DNA of 64,000 nt from NCBI GenBank assembly GCA_016432365.1, contig CP066686.1, positions 1,002,918-1,066,917 on the forward strand, in the 5' to 3' direction. The first letter of the stretch is position 1, and the number at the start of each line of letters is the position of its first letter. Below are positions 47,391 to 57,991 of this stretch, one piece after another. Made by a program: the position numbers and the translations under genes. Under the pieces are notes generated by a model. That model made no database searches and was not told the DNA's origin. It saw only the letters and a list, made by a program, of their open reading frames with translations. The stretch is from Candidatus Woesebacteria bacterium (GTDB taxonomy: Bacteria > Patescibacteriota > Microgenomatia > UBA8517).

Positions 47391-47652
47391 ACAATTATAT
47401 CATCGCATACACTCTGGCCCAAAATCAAATTACAATATCAACATCCAATCTTGTTATATACCCCATAATCTTGACTTTGGAGACAAAATATGATACTATT
47501 ACACGCATAGCGGATTAAGAATCCGTATGTACTTTAAAAAAAGACGAGAGAGATGAAACACGCTCCTTGCGTACCCACCAGCCATGGGCAGGCACGGAGT
47601 GTGTTTCTTACACACAAAAAATCATTTCACCAAAGAAGAAAAGGAGTCTTCC

Positions 47653-48297
47653 ATGACCAACGCTTTCTCAAGGCCGTTTGTTTTAGTAATTGCAATACCC
47701 ACAGTACTGGTTTCGTTCGTATTGATAACGACAATGTTCTCAGGGGTATTTGTTACCGCAGTCGCACCGTCAGGAGGCGTCGCCCCAGTAGCCGGTGAAG
47801 TCTCGGCGGAATGGGCCGATTTGGTCTCAGCCGAGGTTGACTCGACTGTCAGTGTGGAATGGTCAACCGTTTGGCAACAAGCCTGGCAAGTGAACGTGGG
47901 ACATGTCTTTGAAGGCGATGCCGCGAAGGTTCGTTCCCGAGTTAAAGGGTTTGAGGCGATTGGAAACGATCCCCCCACTCCCAATGGCGGCTGTTTCTAC
48001 CGACCCGCGTCAGATTTTCACTCCGAGGCGGTCGTCGTCCGATGGCTAACTCAGGCTTTCAGACCCGGGAAAACCGTGTATAACGGAGCCATGTTCTTGT
48101 TCAATATGACGGACCCGAGTCGGTCAACTGTGATCCCCAATACAAATGGGATAAGCAGCGTTCCACCGGACTTTCAACAGATTCCGATTGACGACCCTCG
48201 TTGCAGTGCCGCTCAGGCATTCTACCGTGAGGTGGCCCGCGCGGTCGCCGAAATTATGGGGAATGGTCCCTGGCCTGGCATGCCTTTAGTTCCGTAA
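47653..48297 (+). CDS. Hypothetical membrane-anchored protein (high-GC island)
   Basis: Internal start MTNAFSRPFVLVIAIPTVLVSFVLITT (signal/TM) within ORF 47584..48297. Confidence 0.4.
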   Translation: MTNAFSRPFVLVIAIPTVLVSFVLITTMFSGVFVTAVAPSGGVAPVAGEVSAEWADLVSAEVDSTVSVEWSTVWQQAWQVNVGHVFEGDAAKVRSRVKGFEAIGNDPPTPNGGCFYRPASDFHSEAVVVRWLTQAFRPGKTVYNGAMFLFNMTDPSRSTVIPNTNGISSVPPDFQQIPIDDPRCSAAQAFYREVARAVAEIMGNGPWPGMPLVP

Positions 48298-48375
48298 TCA
48301 ACAATCTCTCGTCTCAAAAGGGACAGCAACTTCTTTCAGTTTTGACTGAAGTTGCTGTCCCTGTACCACCTACAA

Positions 48376-49236
48376 TTATTTAACAATCTCTCTTTGAAGC
48401 GCTTCTATAAAAGATTTATTAAGTCCCAAAAGAAACTTTTGAGTATATTTTTCTTTAAGAATATCAGCCGGATTTGTATCCCCTGCATCACCGAAGATTG
48501 GATTTTCCATGATTTTCCGCCCAAGCATTTCAACATCCTCCCAACTTGTAATCTTTCCCTTTTTATCCAAATTAAATTCACCCTCGTCGTATTCCCCTTT
48601 CATCAACATTGTTAAAAGACTTTTTACGGCCATCTGATTTGCCGAATCTAATTCCTCGATCTTAAAAGTGGCATCCCTTATTTGACCGTCCCAAGCGTTA
48701 TTGTGTTCAAAGACTATACCTGTTGAGATTTCTGTATCCTCTCCCCAAGCACTTTTAATAATGAACGGAACCGTAAACATTGTTGCCCCGCCAAAAATAG
48801 AATCGTCAACTACAAAAACCTTATTAATTTTCCCTTCAGGCTTTGCGGACTTGGCGTCGGCTATTGCCCTTGCAACCCTAGATTCCGGCTTCCCGCTCTC
48901 CGAAATTAAATAGGCCAGATATTCCTGCCTGCCCCCCTCTCCCAATAAATCAAATTCTCTATCCTCGCCCAAAAAAGGGTCTGATAGCTCCCTACCAATT
49001 GAAACATCTACTCTGGGAGGAAGATTTTGATTCTCCGTTGATTCAACCGCTGAATAAGTTAAAGCTCCTTTTCGTTTAAGTGCGACCACAACATCCGGGT
49101 TGAATTCTTTAATTTTATCTAAAACTTTGCGGCCGCCTTCTCTGAGTTCCTTGGAAACATTTTCAGGAATCACCCATTCAACCGAAGAAACTTTTTCGCC
49201 GGATCCACCGTCAACTGCCATTAGTTTGTCCTCCAT
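48376..49236 (-). CDS. Phosphoribosyltransferase-domain protein
   Basis: KVFVVDDSIFGGATM matches the PRTase PRPP-binding motif. Confidence 0.4.
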   Translation of the reverse strand: MEDKLMAVDGGSGEKVSSVEWVIPENVSKELREGGRKVLDKIKEFNPDVVVALKRKGALTYSAVESTENQNLPPRVDVSIGRELSDPFLGEDREFDLLGEGGRQEYLAYLISESGKPESRVARAIADAKSAKPEGKINKVFVVDDSIFGGATMFTVPFIIKSAWGEDTEISTGIVFEHNNAWDGQIRDATFKIEELDSANQMAVKSLLTMLMKGEYDEGEFNLDKKGKITSWEDVEMLGRKIMENPIFGDAGDTNPADILKEKYTQKFLLGLNKSFIEALQREIVK

Positions 49237-49266
49237 TTAGAAGATTATACTACTACTTTATTTGTT

Positions 49267-49638
49267 CTATCGTCCGTAAATATCTTTTAAACGACTGCTT
49301 ATTTCTGAATCAGGGTCAAAAACAGACCCCCAACCGGCCGCTTGTGTGTGTCTGTCAAGTTCGCTCATTGAGTCTCGACCCTCAACCTGAAGAATTATCC
49401 TGGCCTGGTCTATAACCTCTCCGATCACGTCAACCTCATGCACCACCTGAGAATTAGAATAATAAACGTTGTTGATAACAACGCCCTCATGTAGGGTTCT
49501 AAGTGCCAGTTTCATCAGTTCAACTTTTGCGTGAACCATCTCCCAAATCAAATCTTCGCCTATTCTTGCCGCATTTCTCGCCGCCTCTGCAATCCCGACT
49601 TTCTCTTCTTCTGAAAATTGTGTCTCTTTTTCCTGCAT
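49267..49638 (-). CDS. Hypothetical protein
   Basis: 123-aa ORF. No motif recognised. Confidence 0.35.
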   Translation of the reverse strand: MQEKETQFSEEEKVGIAEAARNAARIGEDLIWEMVHAKVELMKLALRTLHEGVVINNVYYSNSQVVHEVDVIGEVIDQARIILQVEGRDSMSELDRHTQAAGWGSVFDPDSEISSRLKDIYGR

Positions 49639-49727
49639 ATGAAGATATTACATCTAAAAACACTGAAGTCAATGAAAAAAATAATCCCGTTTAGGCGTAA
49701 TTAACGTTTCTAAACGGGATTTTCTAC

Positions 49728-50111
49728 TTACTTCTCGACCAAAATCGGATATTCACCGGAGCTGTATGAAGCTCCACAATCGACAGCCGCCGTCATTACT
49801 ATCGTCTTGTCTTTCTGTGGCCCCTTGGCAACAATATCGAAAAGGTCGGATGAATCAGTCGTCCAATAATAATCATTAAGGACAATCGAAACTCCGCCAT
49901 TCCCATCGGTCGAAATCTGGGGTTCTGCGTTGGTGTAAACCCAGACACGGATGGATCCATTTTCCGAAATCCCGCGGGAAGCCGTCGAACAGTTCGACAA
50001 ATCCACTCGATAAGTGGTGACCACTTTTTGGTAAGTGGGTGCGGCGCAGCCCACGAGTAAAAGTACCAGAACCGGAATGATCCAGTAACGTGCTACAGCA
50101 GACTTAAACAT
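49728..50111 (-). CDS. Putative lipoprotein
   Basis: Signal peptide with LLVGCAAP lipobox-like Cys. Confidence 0.4.
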   Translation of the reverse strand: MFKSAVARYWIIPVLVLLLVGCAAPTYQKVVTTYRVDLSNCSTASRGISENGSIRVWVYTNAEPQISTDGNGGVSIVLNDYYWTTDSSDLFDIVAKGPQKDKTIVMTAAVDCGASYSSGEYPILVEK

Positions 50112-50205
50112 TGAAATCTCCTCTCAAACAAGATAATTCGAATATGCGAAAGAGCGAAGGCTGATTGTACTCTAAAACCTATAATATGTCAACTGAAGAA
50201 AAGTC

Positions 50206-51321
50206 TTACTTGTACCCCACTGGGGCTGTTGTGAGGACTAGGCCAAGGGCAATGCGTTTGTCTTTAACATTAATCTCTTCAATATTACATTTAACTTCCT
50301 GTCCTAGTGCCAATTTGTGAGTAGGTGGAATTTTGGTGATATGAATTAGGCCTTCTACCCCTGGAGTTAGTTCAACAAATACTCCAAAATCGCTGATACG
50401 GACAACTTTACCAGTAACTTTAGCTTCAGGTTTAAACTTATCTTCTACTTCGCTCCAAGGGTCGCGTCCGGCATGTTTAATGGAAAGGGCAAGTTTGCCT
50501 TCGTGTGCAGCAAGTACCCTGACCTTAACTTTATCGCCTTCTTTAACTACATCGCTAGGTAAATTGACTTTAGAGTAAGAAAGTTCTGAAACGTGGACCA
50601 ATCCTTCGATATATGCTTTCTCTTTTTTGACAGGAACTTCGATTTTTACAAATGCGCCAAAAGAGGCAACTGTGGTAACAACCCCTTCGTAAACTTCCCC
50701 TTCTTTGACCGCTTCCATAGCTTTTTTGGCTAGTGCAATATCCCCTGCTTCTGACACTTCCTTCTCAGAAAGAACAACTTTTTTACTCGCCTTGTTGACT
50801 TCCATTACTTTTGCTTTGAAGTACTTTCCTACAAGTTCTTGGGCATTTTTACTGACTTCTGCCCCCAATTGTGAAGTGGGAATAAAACCTTCAATTCCCA
50901 TAACGTCAACTACAAACCCGGCAGTCCCCACACCTTTACCCAAGACCGGGACTTCCTCACCGCTCTTCTTCATTTCTTCCAATTTATTCCAAGAGACGTC
51001 GTGCATTGCGTCTTTAAGTCCCAAAATTGTTATTCCGTCACGGGTTTCGGGAACCAAAATTGTGACTGAAACGCTGTCCCCGACTTTTAACCCCTCAATG
51101 TATTCTTTTGTGTCTGTATAACCTTTTTCTTTAACTATTCCTTCGCTCTTACCACCAACGTCAAAAATAACGGATTCCGGCGATTTTGAGAGAACGGTAG
51201 CCTTAACCCTTTGTCCCTTTGTGAATTGCTGGACACGATTTTTAGCACCGGCAAGAAGCTCGGCCATAGTAATCTCGCCTTTTGGGGCCTTAATATCAGA
51301 AGTTGATTTTTTTGCAGTCAC
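50206..51321 (-). CDS. rpsA: 30S ribosomal protein S1 (short four-S1-domain form)
   Basis: Four tandem S1 domains, e.g. GQRVKATVLSKSPESVIFDVGGKSEGIV and GEVYEGVVTTVASFGAFVKI. 371 aa. Confidence 0.8.
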   Translation of the reverse strand: MTAKKSTSDIKAPKGEITMAELLAGAKNRVQQFTKGQRVKATVLSKSPESVIFDVGGKSEGIVKEKGYTDTKEYIEGLKVGDSVSVTILVPETRDGITILGLKDAMHDVSWNKLEEMKKSGEEVPVLGKGVGTAGFVVDVMGIEGFIPTSQLGAEVSKNAQELVGKYFKAKVMEVNKASKKVVLSEKEVSEAGDIALAKKAMEAVKEGEVYEGVVTTVASFGAFVKIEVPVKKEKAYIEGLVHVSELSYSKVNLPSDVVKEGDKVKVRVLAAHEGKLALSIKHAGRDPWSEVEDKFKPEAKVTGKVVRISDFGVFVELTPGVEGLIHITKIPPTHKLALGQEVKCNIEEINVKDKRIALGLVLTTAPVGYK

Positions 51322-51416
51322 TTGTCATATCCACCTTTCTTATTGGTATGTGTATTGTACATTTTAGTAGCCTTAAGGTCAACAATTGTTTATTGTTGGG
51401 CCTTAAGGCTATTTAT

Positions 51417-51728
51417 TTAATTTCGCGATTTACGCAAGGCTAAGGTAGTAAACCCTGCCAGGATCGCACTAACAAGAAACAACACCCCCATCTCGGAAAG
51501 GTCGGCTCCGGTAATCCGGTAAAAAGCGTAGGTCGCTCCGCCTGTAATAGCCAACGCTATCAAGGTCGCCACTGCGTACATCAAAATTACCTTCCACAGA
51601 GGCGCCTGTCTTTCTCTCGTGAGCCAGTCACGAATTTTGTTCATACAACCTCCAAAACCATTTGGTCTCAACTTTCCGGTTTCTTGGATTTCCGGAGAAG
51701 TCCGAGAAAATATTCCCAGATTGGCCAA
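51417..51728 (-). CDS. Small membrane protein
   Basis: Two hydrophobic helices. Overlaps the next ORF by 61 nt in a different frame. Confidence 0.3.
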   Translation of the reverse strand: MANLGIFSRTSPEIQETGKLRPNGFGGCMNKIRDWLTRERQAPLWKVILMYAVATLIALAITGGATYAFYRITGADLSEMGVLFLVSAILAGFTTLALRKSRN

Positions 51729-52048
51729 GGGCTGGCAAAAATGGCGATTAACCCGATGGCAATCAGGATCAAACGCATCGGCATTGGAACCAAAATGTAT
51801 GCAATGATGATCAAAGCTAGTCCTCCGTTTACAAATATTAAGACTCTCACTTTTTCATCCATTTTGCCTACAGAGCGTTTCCACATCTCGGTCCAAAGCG
51901 GCCAACCACTGGCGATTGACCCAGCCAGGCCAAAAACGGCAAAATGCGCCGCGAGTCCCCAATTTAGAGGATCGAGCGCCAAACTTACCAATCCGGCCGT
52001 CAGACAAAAAAAGCTAAATCCAAAACCTCGCCATCTATTTCTGGTCAT
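51668..52048 (-). CDS. Small polytopic membrane protein
   Basis: Three to four hydrophobic helices. Confidence 0.3.
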   Translation of the reverse strand: MTRNRWRGFGFSFFCLTAGLVSLALDPLNWGLAAHFAVFGLAGSIASGWPLWTEMWKRSVGKMDEKVRVLIFVNGGLALIIIAYILVPMPMRLILIAIGLIAIFASPWPIWEYFLGLLRKSKKPES

Positions 52049-52353
52049 TTTGACTCCTTAATATATTTGGCAGGGAAAGAAATTTCACCACCAGAAAACC
52101 GACAATCGCAAATATTTCGATTACAATTCTAAGAGTATCCATTCCAACGCTCCTTGTGTAAGTGAAAGAACTACGTATCAGATACGAATACGGCAATTGT
52201 AGCCTTAATCAAAATATTTGTCTAATAGTCCCTTCGACAAAAATCAGCCATGAAAGTGAACCCTATAAGGTTGACCAAAACATTTAATAGTGTTACCATT
52301 TGCGCTGTTCATACATAACTTGACTCGCACATTAGCTTGAAAGGAGTAACACA

Positions 52354-52791
52354 ATGCCCAGAGGATATAGTAGATATGTCTACGCCGTCCATCAGTATAT
52401 AGATAGCCTGCCGGACGAGGAACAGAAGATTGCCCGGGAGTGGCGCGGCTTGGCCATGGAGGTGAATGGTGCCAGAACTGGCGGCCTCACCGCCGGGTAT
52501 GTAGCTGGTAGTGCCATTTTGGGATTCAGCCTCTTGCTGATACTTTTGGCGTTTCCTTCAGCCAGCGATTGGCTATTGGGACTGGTATCTGTTTTGGCTG
52601 TTACGACCGGAATTATATATGGGGTCCGGATTCAGCGGAAAAAGTATGACCCGATGGTCGTAAAAGCCGTTGAGGATGTAAAAGCGAAATTGCTTGATCC
52701 TGCCTACCGACAGTGGTGGGAAGAACACATGGCAAGTTATGACTACGAAGGTCATGCAATAATCGCCAGCATTGCTAACACATCAGAGTAA
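52354..52791 (+). CDS. Small membrane protein
   Basis: Two central TM helices. Followed by a bidirectional terminator. Confidence 0.4.
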   Translation: MPRGYSRYVYAVHQYIDSLPDEEQKIAREWRGLAMEVNGARTGGLTAGYVAGSAILGFSLLLILLAFPSASDWLLGLVSVLAVTTGIIYGVRIQRKKYDPMVVKAVEDVKAKLLDPAYRQWWEEHMASYDYEGHAIIASIANTSE

Positions 52792-52868
52792 GAGTACGTT
52801 CGAGGAGGTATAACTCACTACAAAATGGTGTGTTATACCTCTTTTTTTTGAAAAAAAGTATTTTTCCA

Positions 52869-52897
52869 CAAAAAAACCTCGGTTTTAATCGAGGTTG
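52869..52897 (-). terminator. Bidirectional intrinsic terminator (after 5S on minus strand, after 52354..52791 on plus strand)
   Basis: AAAAAAACCTCGGTTTTAATCGAGGTT hairpin with A-run on one side and T-rich sequence on the other. Confidence 0.45.
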
Positions 52898-52919
52898 TTC
52901 TATTTCAAGGTATTGTTCT

Positions 52920-53035
52920 GGCGATGAGATATTTTCGCGGTAGGTTGCCCCACAACTATCGTCTCCGCTGACCCGTTTCACTTCTGTGTTCGGAAAGGGA
53001 ACAGGTGGTACCAGGTCGCACAAATCACCAGAACA
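52920..53035 (-). rRNA. rrf: 5S ribosomal RNA
   Basis: Reverse complement matches the conserved 5S core: CGTTTCACTTCTGTGTTCGG...AGGTGG...CCAGG. Confidence 0.7.
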
Positions 53036-53289
53036 ATAACTTGAAAACAGAATTTAATTTTCTTGCAAGAAAATTAAACCTGGTTCTCTAATTTTTCAGA
53101 AGAAAAATTAGCAAATATCTTTTTTTAAGAAAAAGGCCGCGTCCCACTTATGTGAGGGATCGCAAGAAATCGACCAATTCGCATTAGTAGCCTTAATCCC
53201 TTACGGGACTTCCAGCGCTAACCGATTAACCCGATATTCTGTCGGGGGTCTAACGATACTTTCGTATCAGGAATCCTAATCTCGGAGGC

Positions 53290-53322
<33 letters not shown>

Positions 53323-53500
53323 GTTGGGAATGTAGCTACCCGGCGTTACTGCTGATGCAATAACCGGCACACCAGGGATTCCCCCAGGGAGGTCCTCTCG
53401 TACTGTCCCCAGCTCTCCTCAAGATTCCAACGCTTCTACAGGATAGAGTCCGACATAATTGTTTTAAACCCTGAACACACTCCTGTGTTTCAGGGACCTA

Positions 53501-53974
53501 CGATCGCTCGTAGGATCCGACTATATCTTTCCCTCATAGCCCTTTAGGGCGACGTGGGATTTGGCGTATAGTCTGTGAGGATTCCATAATAAAATCAAAA
53601 ATTAAAAATCAAATATCAAAAATGCAGATTGGAACTTTTGTCCCAATATTTACTTTTTAATATTTTATATTTGATATCACTATGGTCTTTCCTGCTGATT
53701 GTCCGCAGTTGCGCATTTTTACCACTTTTTAAATGGTAGTGCAACATACACCGGATTTTCCAGCAAATAGTCCCACTTCACTCTTCCGAGTTTCGTGGGA
53801 GCCGCCGTAGCCTTTCAGCGTAGGTGGCCCAAATTTATTTCCTGAACTGGTATCAGGATTCTATAGGTATAACAAAATATACTAAACCTCTACTTTCTAG
53901 TAAAAACTAGAAATGATTCACAACGTTGTATAGAAAGACAGCTTAGATTGTCAGCACAATATGTTAATGTGCTC
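53501..53974 (-). mobile_element. About 470-nt insertion in 23S at the conserved ...GTCGTGAGACAGTT | (T)AGGTCCCT junction: putative ORF-less group I intron
   Basis: Flanking exon sequences are contiguous in E. coli and Bacillus 23S. Upstream exon ends in T, and the insertion ends in G. Contains an AT-rich hairpin-like segment at 53575..53700. No ORF of 60 aa or more. Confidence 0.4.
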
Positions 53975-54009
<35 letters not shown>

Positions 54010-54477
54010 TCACTTTAACGGGCGAACAGACCGACCCTTGGCACCTTCTTCAGCGCCAGGATGTGATGAGCCGACATCGAGGTAGCGAACCGCGCCGTCG
54101 CTATGGACGCTCGGGCGCGACTACTCTGTTATCCCCGGGGTAGCTTTTATCCATTAAGCTCCGTGCACACCCATTGTGCATCGGAGGATCATTAAGACCT
54201 AGTTTCCTACCTGCGCGGGATGTATCCCTTGCAGTCAAGCTGGCTTAAACCTTTGCGCTTTACCCACCGTTTCCATCGGTGGAAAGCCAACCTTTGTGTC
54301 CCTGCGTTACATTTTGGCAGGGTACCGCCCCAGTAAAACTGCCCAGCAAACACGTTTCCCCTCGCCGTCTCCAGGCGAGTAAAGTAAGCTTCACATTTTC
54401 CAACGAGTGGTATTACATATTATGACGAATCTCCCACCTATTCTAGACAATCAAAAAATATGAAAGCAATGTCTACT

Positions 54478-54508
<31 letters not shown>

Positions 54509-55481
54509 ATGTAGAAGTAGGCCGCGTCTTCACAGCCATCGCTATTTCGCCGAGTAAACTCTCAAGACAGTTGCTAGCTCGTTACGCTATTCATGCGGGC
54601 CAGAACTCACCTGGCAAGGAACTTCGCTACCTTAGAACAGTTATAGTTACTGCTGCCGTTCACCGGAGCTTCAATTCAGAGCAATTCATCTTGCGACAAG
54701 CCACCCCTCTTCTTAACTTACCGGCACTGGACAAGCGTCAGCCCGTATACTTCGACTTTCGTCTTTGCACGGACCTGTGTTTTTGGTAAACAGTCGACTA
54801 GCAAACTTTCGGTGCCCCCCTCATAGCCTTACGGCGACGTGGGGAACCCATCTCCCAAAGTTACGGATAGTTTTTTTGCCGAGTTCCTTGAGAATTTGTC
54901 TCTCGATCACCTTAGGGTACTCCCCCAGTTCACCTGTGTCGGTTTGCGGTACGGCTTAGTTTGACTCTCGCTGCGAACCTTTTCCTGCAAACTGAAACGT
55001 TCAGAATCCCCCATCTCGCGACAGAGTTTACATGACTGCTCGATTAAACATACTGCGGGATTTTCCACACAATACTGTCTTGCAGCTTGAACCCAAATTC
55101 AATAATGGGCCCTGATTTTCCAATTTGGTCAATCCCCAGCTTATCCTTGCGGATTTTTCGATTCAAACCAAATAGTAGAATTTTGACTACTCTTCCATCG
55201 ACTACGCCAATATGGCCTCGCCTTAGGTACCGACTAACCCACTGTGAACGAATCTTGCAGTGGAAACCTTGAACATTCGGTGCTACCGATTCTCACGGTA
55301 ATTGTGCGCTACTCAAGCCGACATTCTCACTCCCGACCGCTCCACCATGTCTTACAACACAGCTTCACCGCTGTCGGAACGCTCCCCTACCACTCCGTCA
55401 TAATAAATTATGACAAAATTTCTAGCTTCGGCATACAACTTATCCTCGATAAATCTTGGGCGCACGCGCCCTAATCGACCA

Positions 55482-55538
<57 letters not shown>

Positions 55539-56104
55539 TTTCGGACACGTACTTCCTTTTAAACTTAGTTGTAATTTAGAGGCCTTAGCTGAAAATCTGG
55601 GTTGTTTCCCTTTCGACATATCAGCTTAGCCCGATATGTCTGTCTAGTATGATAATTAACGTTAGTATTCGGAGTTTAATTGAGTTGAATTGCTTGCGCT
55701 CTCCAACCCATCTAGTGCTCTACAGCCAACATAACTTTACATACCACGGTCCCTATAGACCTTTCGGGGAGAACCAGCTATCTCCAGGTTCGTTAGGTAT
55801 ATTGCCACTAACCACAAGTCGTCCCATGTCATTGCAACGACAACGGGTTCGGGCTTCCACAGATATTTCTATCTCCTTCACCCTGCTCATGGTTAGCTCA
55901 CCTGGTTTCGGGTCTGATCTAATTTTCTTTTCGCCTTTTAAGACTTGGTTTCCCTACGCCTCCCCAAATAACTTGGTTAGACTAGAAAATTAAAACAACT
56001 CGCCGGCTCATTCTTCAATAGGCACGATATCATCCTTTTAAGGGGACTCTATCGGATTGTTCGCAAACAGTTTCAGGTTCTATTTCATTGAGTGTTTCAC
56101 TCAG

Positions 56105-56141
<37 letters not shown>

Positions 56142-56330
56142 CTCTCTCATCTTATTTAGTCTTGGAGGATGGTTCCCCCCGTTTCCCACAGAATATGTGT
56201 TCCGTGGTACTTAGGAAATCCCTAGAGGCAAAATTAGTTTAATATACGAGGCTTTCACTCTCTGTGGCCGGCAATTCCATACCGTTCTACTACCAATTTT
56301 ACTCTCACATCGGGCTCCTGCAACCCCCCC

Positions 56331-56467
56331 ATGCACAGCACACGGAAATCAAAAGTTAAAATTTAAAAATCAAAAATACAAGTTAAAATTCAAAAGTTTT
56401 TATTTTTACTTTTGAATTGCACTTTTGCATTATGACTTTTGCTTTTTGAATTCCTTGTGCTGTGCAC
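56331..56467 (-). repeat. AT-rich hairpin insertion/expansion in 23S domain I, bounded by ATGCACAGCACA / TGTGCTGTGCAC inverted repeat
   Basis: The 107-bp A/T-rich core is homologous to the intergenic element at 32781..32893. Confidence 0.45.
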
Positions 56468-56481
56468 AAAGGTTTAGACTG

Positions 56482-56513
<32 letters not shown>

Positions 56514-56861
56514 TCGCTTGATTTATATTCCTCGCCCTACTGAGATGTTTCAGTTCGGGCGGTTCCCACATTAGCCTTTATAACATTCCTTGCGGAACAC
56601 ATTTGGAGGCTAAGTTTCCAGCAAAGCTGGAAGGGTTTCCCCATTCGGACACCGTCGGATCAATGGATCGTGGCTCCTACCCGACGACTATCGTGACCAT
56701 GTACGTCCTTTTTCGGAGATGAGAAGCAAGGCATTCACTGTCTGCGTTTCTTACTCTTGCGATCCCACACATCTCTTGCACATCAAGAGATTGGGACGCG
56801 ACCTTCTTCTTAAAAAAATATTTTCAAATTTTAACGTTCTATTTTCCGCCGCTAGACGGAT

Positions 56862-56910
56862 CAGTGCGGACTTAGTAGGAATCGAACCTACTTGTATAAC
56901 CATAAAATCC
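56862..56910 (-). other. tRNA-like fragment (acceptor plus T-arm only) in the rRNA spacer
   Basis: Reverse complement reads GGATTTT-ATGGTTATACAA-GTAGG-TTCGATT-CCTAC-TAAGTCC. Intact T-arm, no D or anticodon arms. Sits where tRNA-Ile usually lies. Confidence 0.25.
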
Positions 56911-56936
56911 TTTAAATTCCTCTACCAAAAATTTTG

Positions 56937-57010
56937 TGGACCCGGGCGGAGTCGAACCGCCTGCCTCCTCATTGCAAATGAGGTGTTCAAGCCAGGTAAA
57001 CTGCGGGCCC
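56937..57010 (-). tRNA. tRNA-Ala (anticodon UGC), rRNA-operon spacer tRNA
   Basis: Reverse complement reads GGGCCCG...CCTCA-TTTGCAA-TGAGG...GGCGG-TTCGACT-CCGCC-CGGGTCC-A with G3:U70. Confidence 0.8.
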
Positions 57011-57082
57011 GTTACAACAAAATTTTTGTTCAGCCAGTGAGTCGCTTACGCGACCGCCTTCCGGCTAAAACTTTGGGCATTT

Positions 57083-57304
57083 TTATTTTTTAAGTGCAAT
57101 TCTCTTTTTCAAAGCTTCAACTTCGGCCTTTAGGTTTGCCACAATATCCTGCAAAACCTTGAGCTCACTACTGGCCAACTCTCCGGATGCTGATTCGTGG
57201 GCAACTCCCCTGAAATGCTTCATCCGAAAGTCAACTTTAGCCTCATACTCACTTAATTTTTTCAAAAGTGCATCTAATTTTTCTTTATCAGACAGGATTT
57301 TCAT
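57083..57304 (-). CDS. Small coiled-coil hypothetical protein
   Basis: 73 aa, heptad-like K/E/L composition. Confidence 0.35.
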   Translation of the reverse strand: MKILSDKEKLDALLKKLSEYEAKVDFRMKHFRGVAHESASGELASSELKVLQDIVANLKAEVEALKKRIALKK

Positions 57305-57574
57305 TTACTGTTCACTTTGAAGTCGGAAAAGACATTTTGAAGATACGAGCCTAATTCCGCTTAACCACGCAAATTTGCGCTTTTTGTTTTAGAAATTAGT
57401 GTAATTCTCATTAAATGCTCTTTGTTCCGATCAAAGACTAGTGGGATTATACCAAAGATCTTGCCCAAGCGTCAAGGCCCGTCTGACGGCCAGCACCCGC
57501 CGATAAATCTTGGCACGAAATGTGTATGAATAACACTGAAAAGTTGAGTACGAAGATATGGCGGGAAAAGCAGT

Positions 57575-57880
57575 TTAATCTCCTTTATACAAACCACTTT
57601 CCTCAATTCTTTTGTCCATCTCCTCTTCAGTCATATTTGTAAACACACGCCATAGAGATTTTAATTGATCTTTCTCCATCGTCGGCACCACTTCTGCTTC
57701 GGTTCCATCTTCGATGATTTTAGCTAAACAAGGAATCCCTCCTTCTTTTAGATGCTTAATCAGTTCCTCCCCTATAGCCTCTGCCATTACGGCGGCTTCA
57801 AATAAATCGGGTTGATAACCGATCTGATCTTCAACCATCTCTCCCACCTCTTGAGCGGTAACGGGTCGCCATTTTTCCAT
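57575..57880 (-). CDS. Small acidic hypothetical protein
   Basis: 101-aa ORF. Confidence 0.35.
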   Translation of the reverse strand: MEKWRPVTAQEVGEMVEDQIGYQPDLFEAAVMAEAIGEELIKHLKEGGIPCLAKIIEDGTEAEVVPTMEKDQLKSLWRVFTNMTEEEMDKRIEESGLYKGD

Positions 57881-57991
57881 AGAGTGGATTGTAAGTCACA
57901 TTGCACTATGGGTCAAGTTCTAAGGTTCATCCCAACCACCAACGCAAGACACGGTCCTTAAAGGTGTATATAGTTTTTCCGGAAGATGAAG

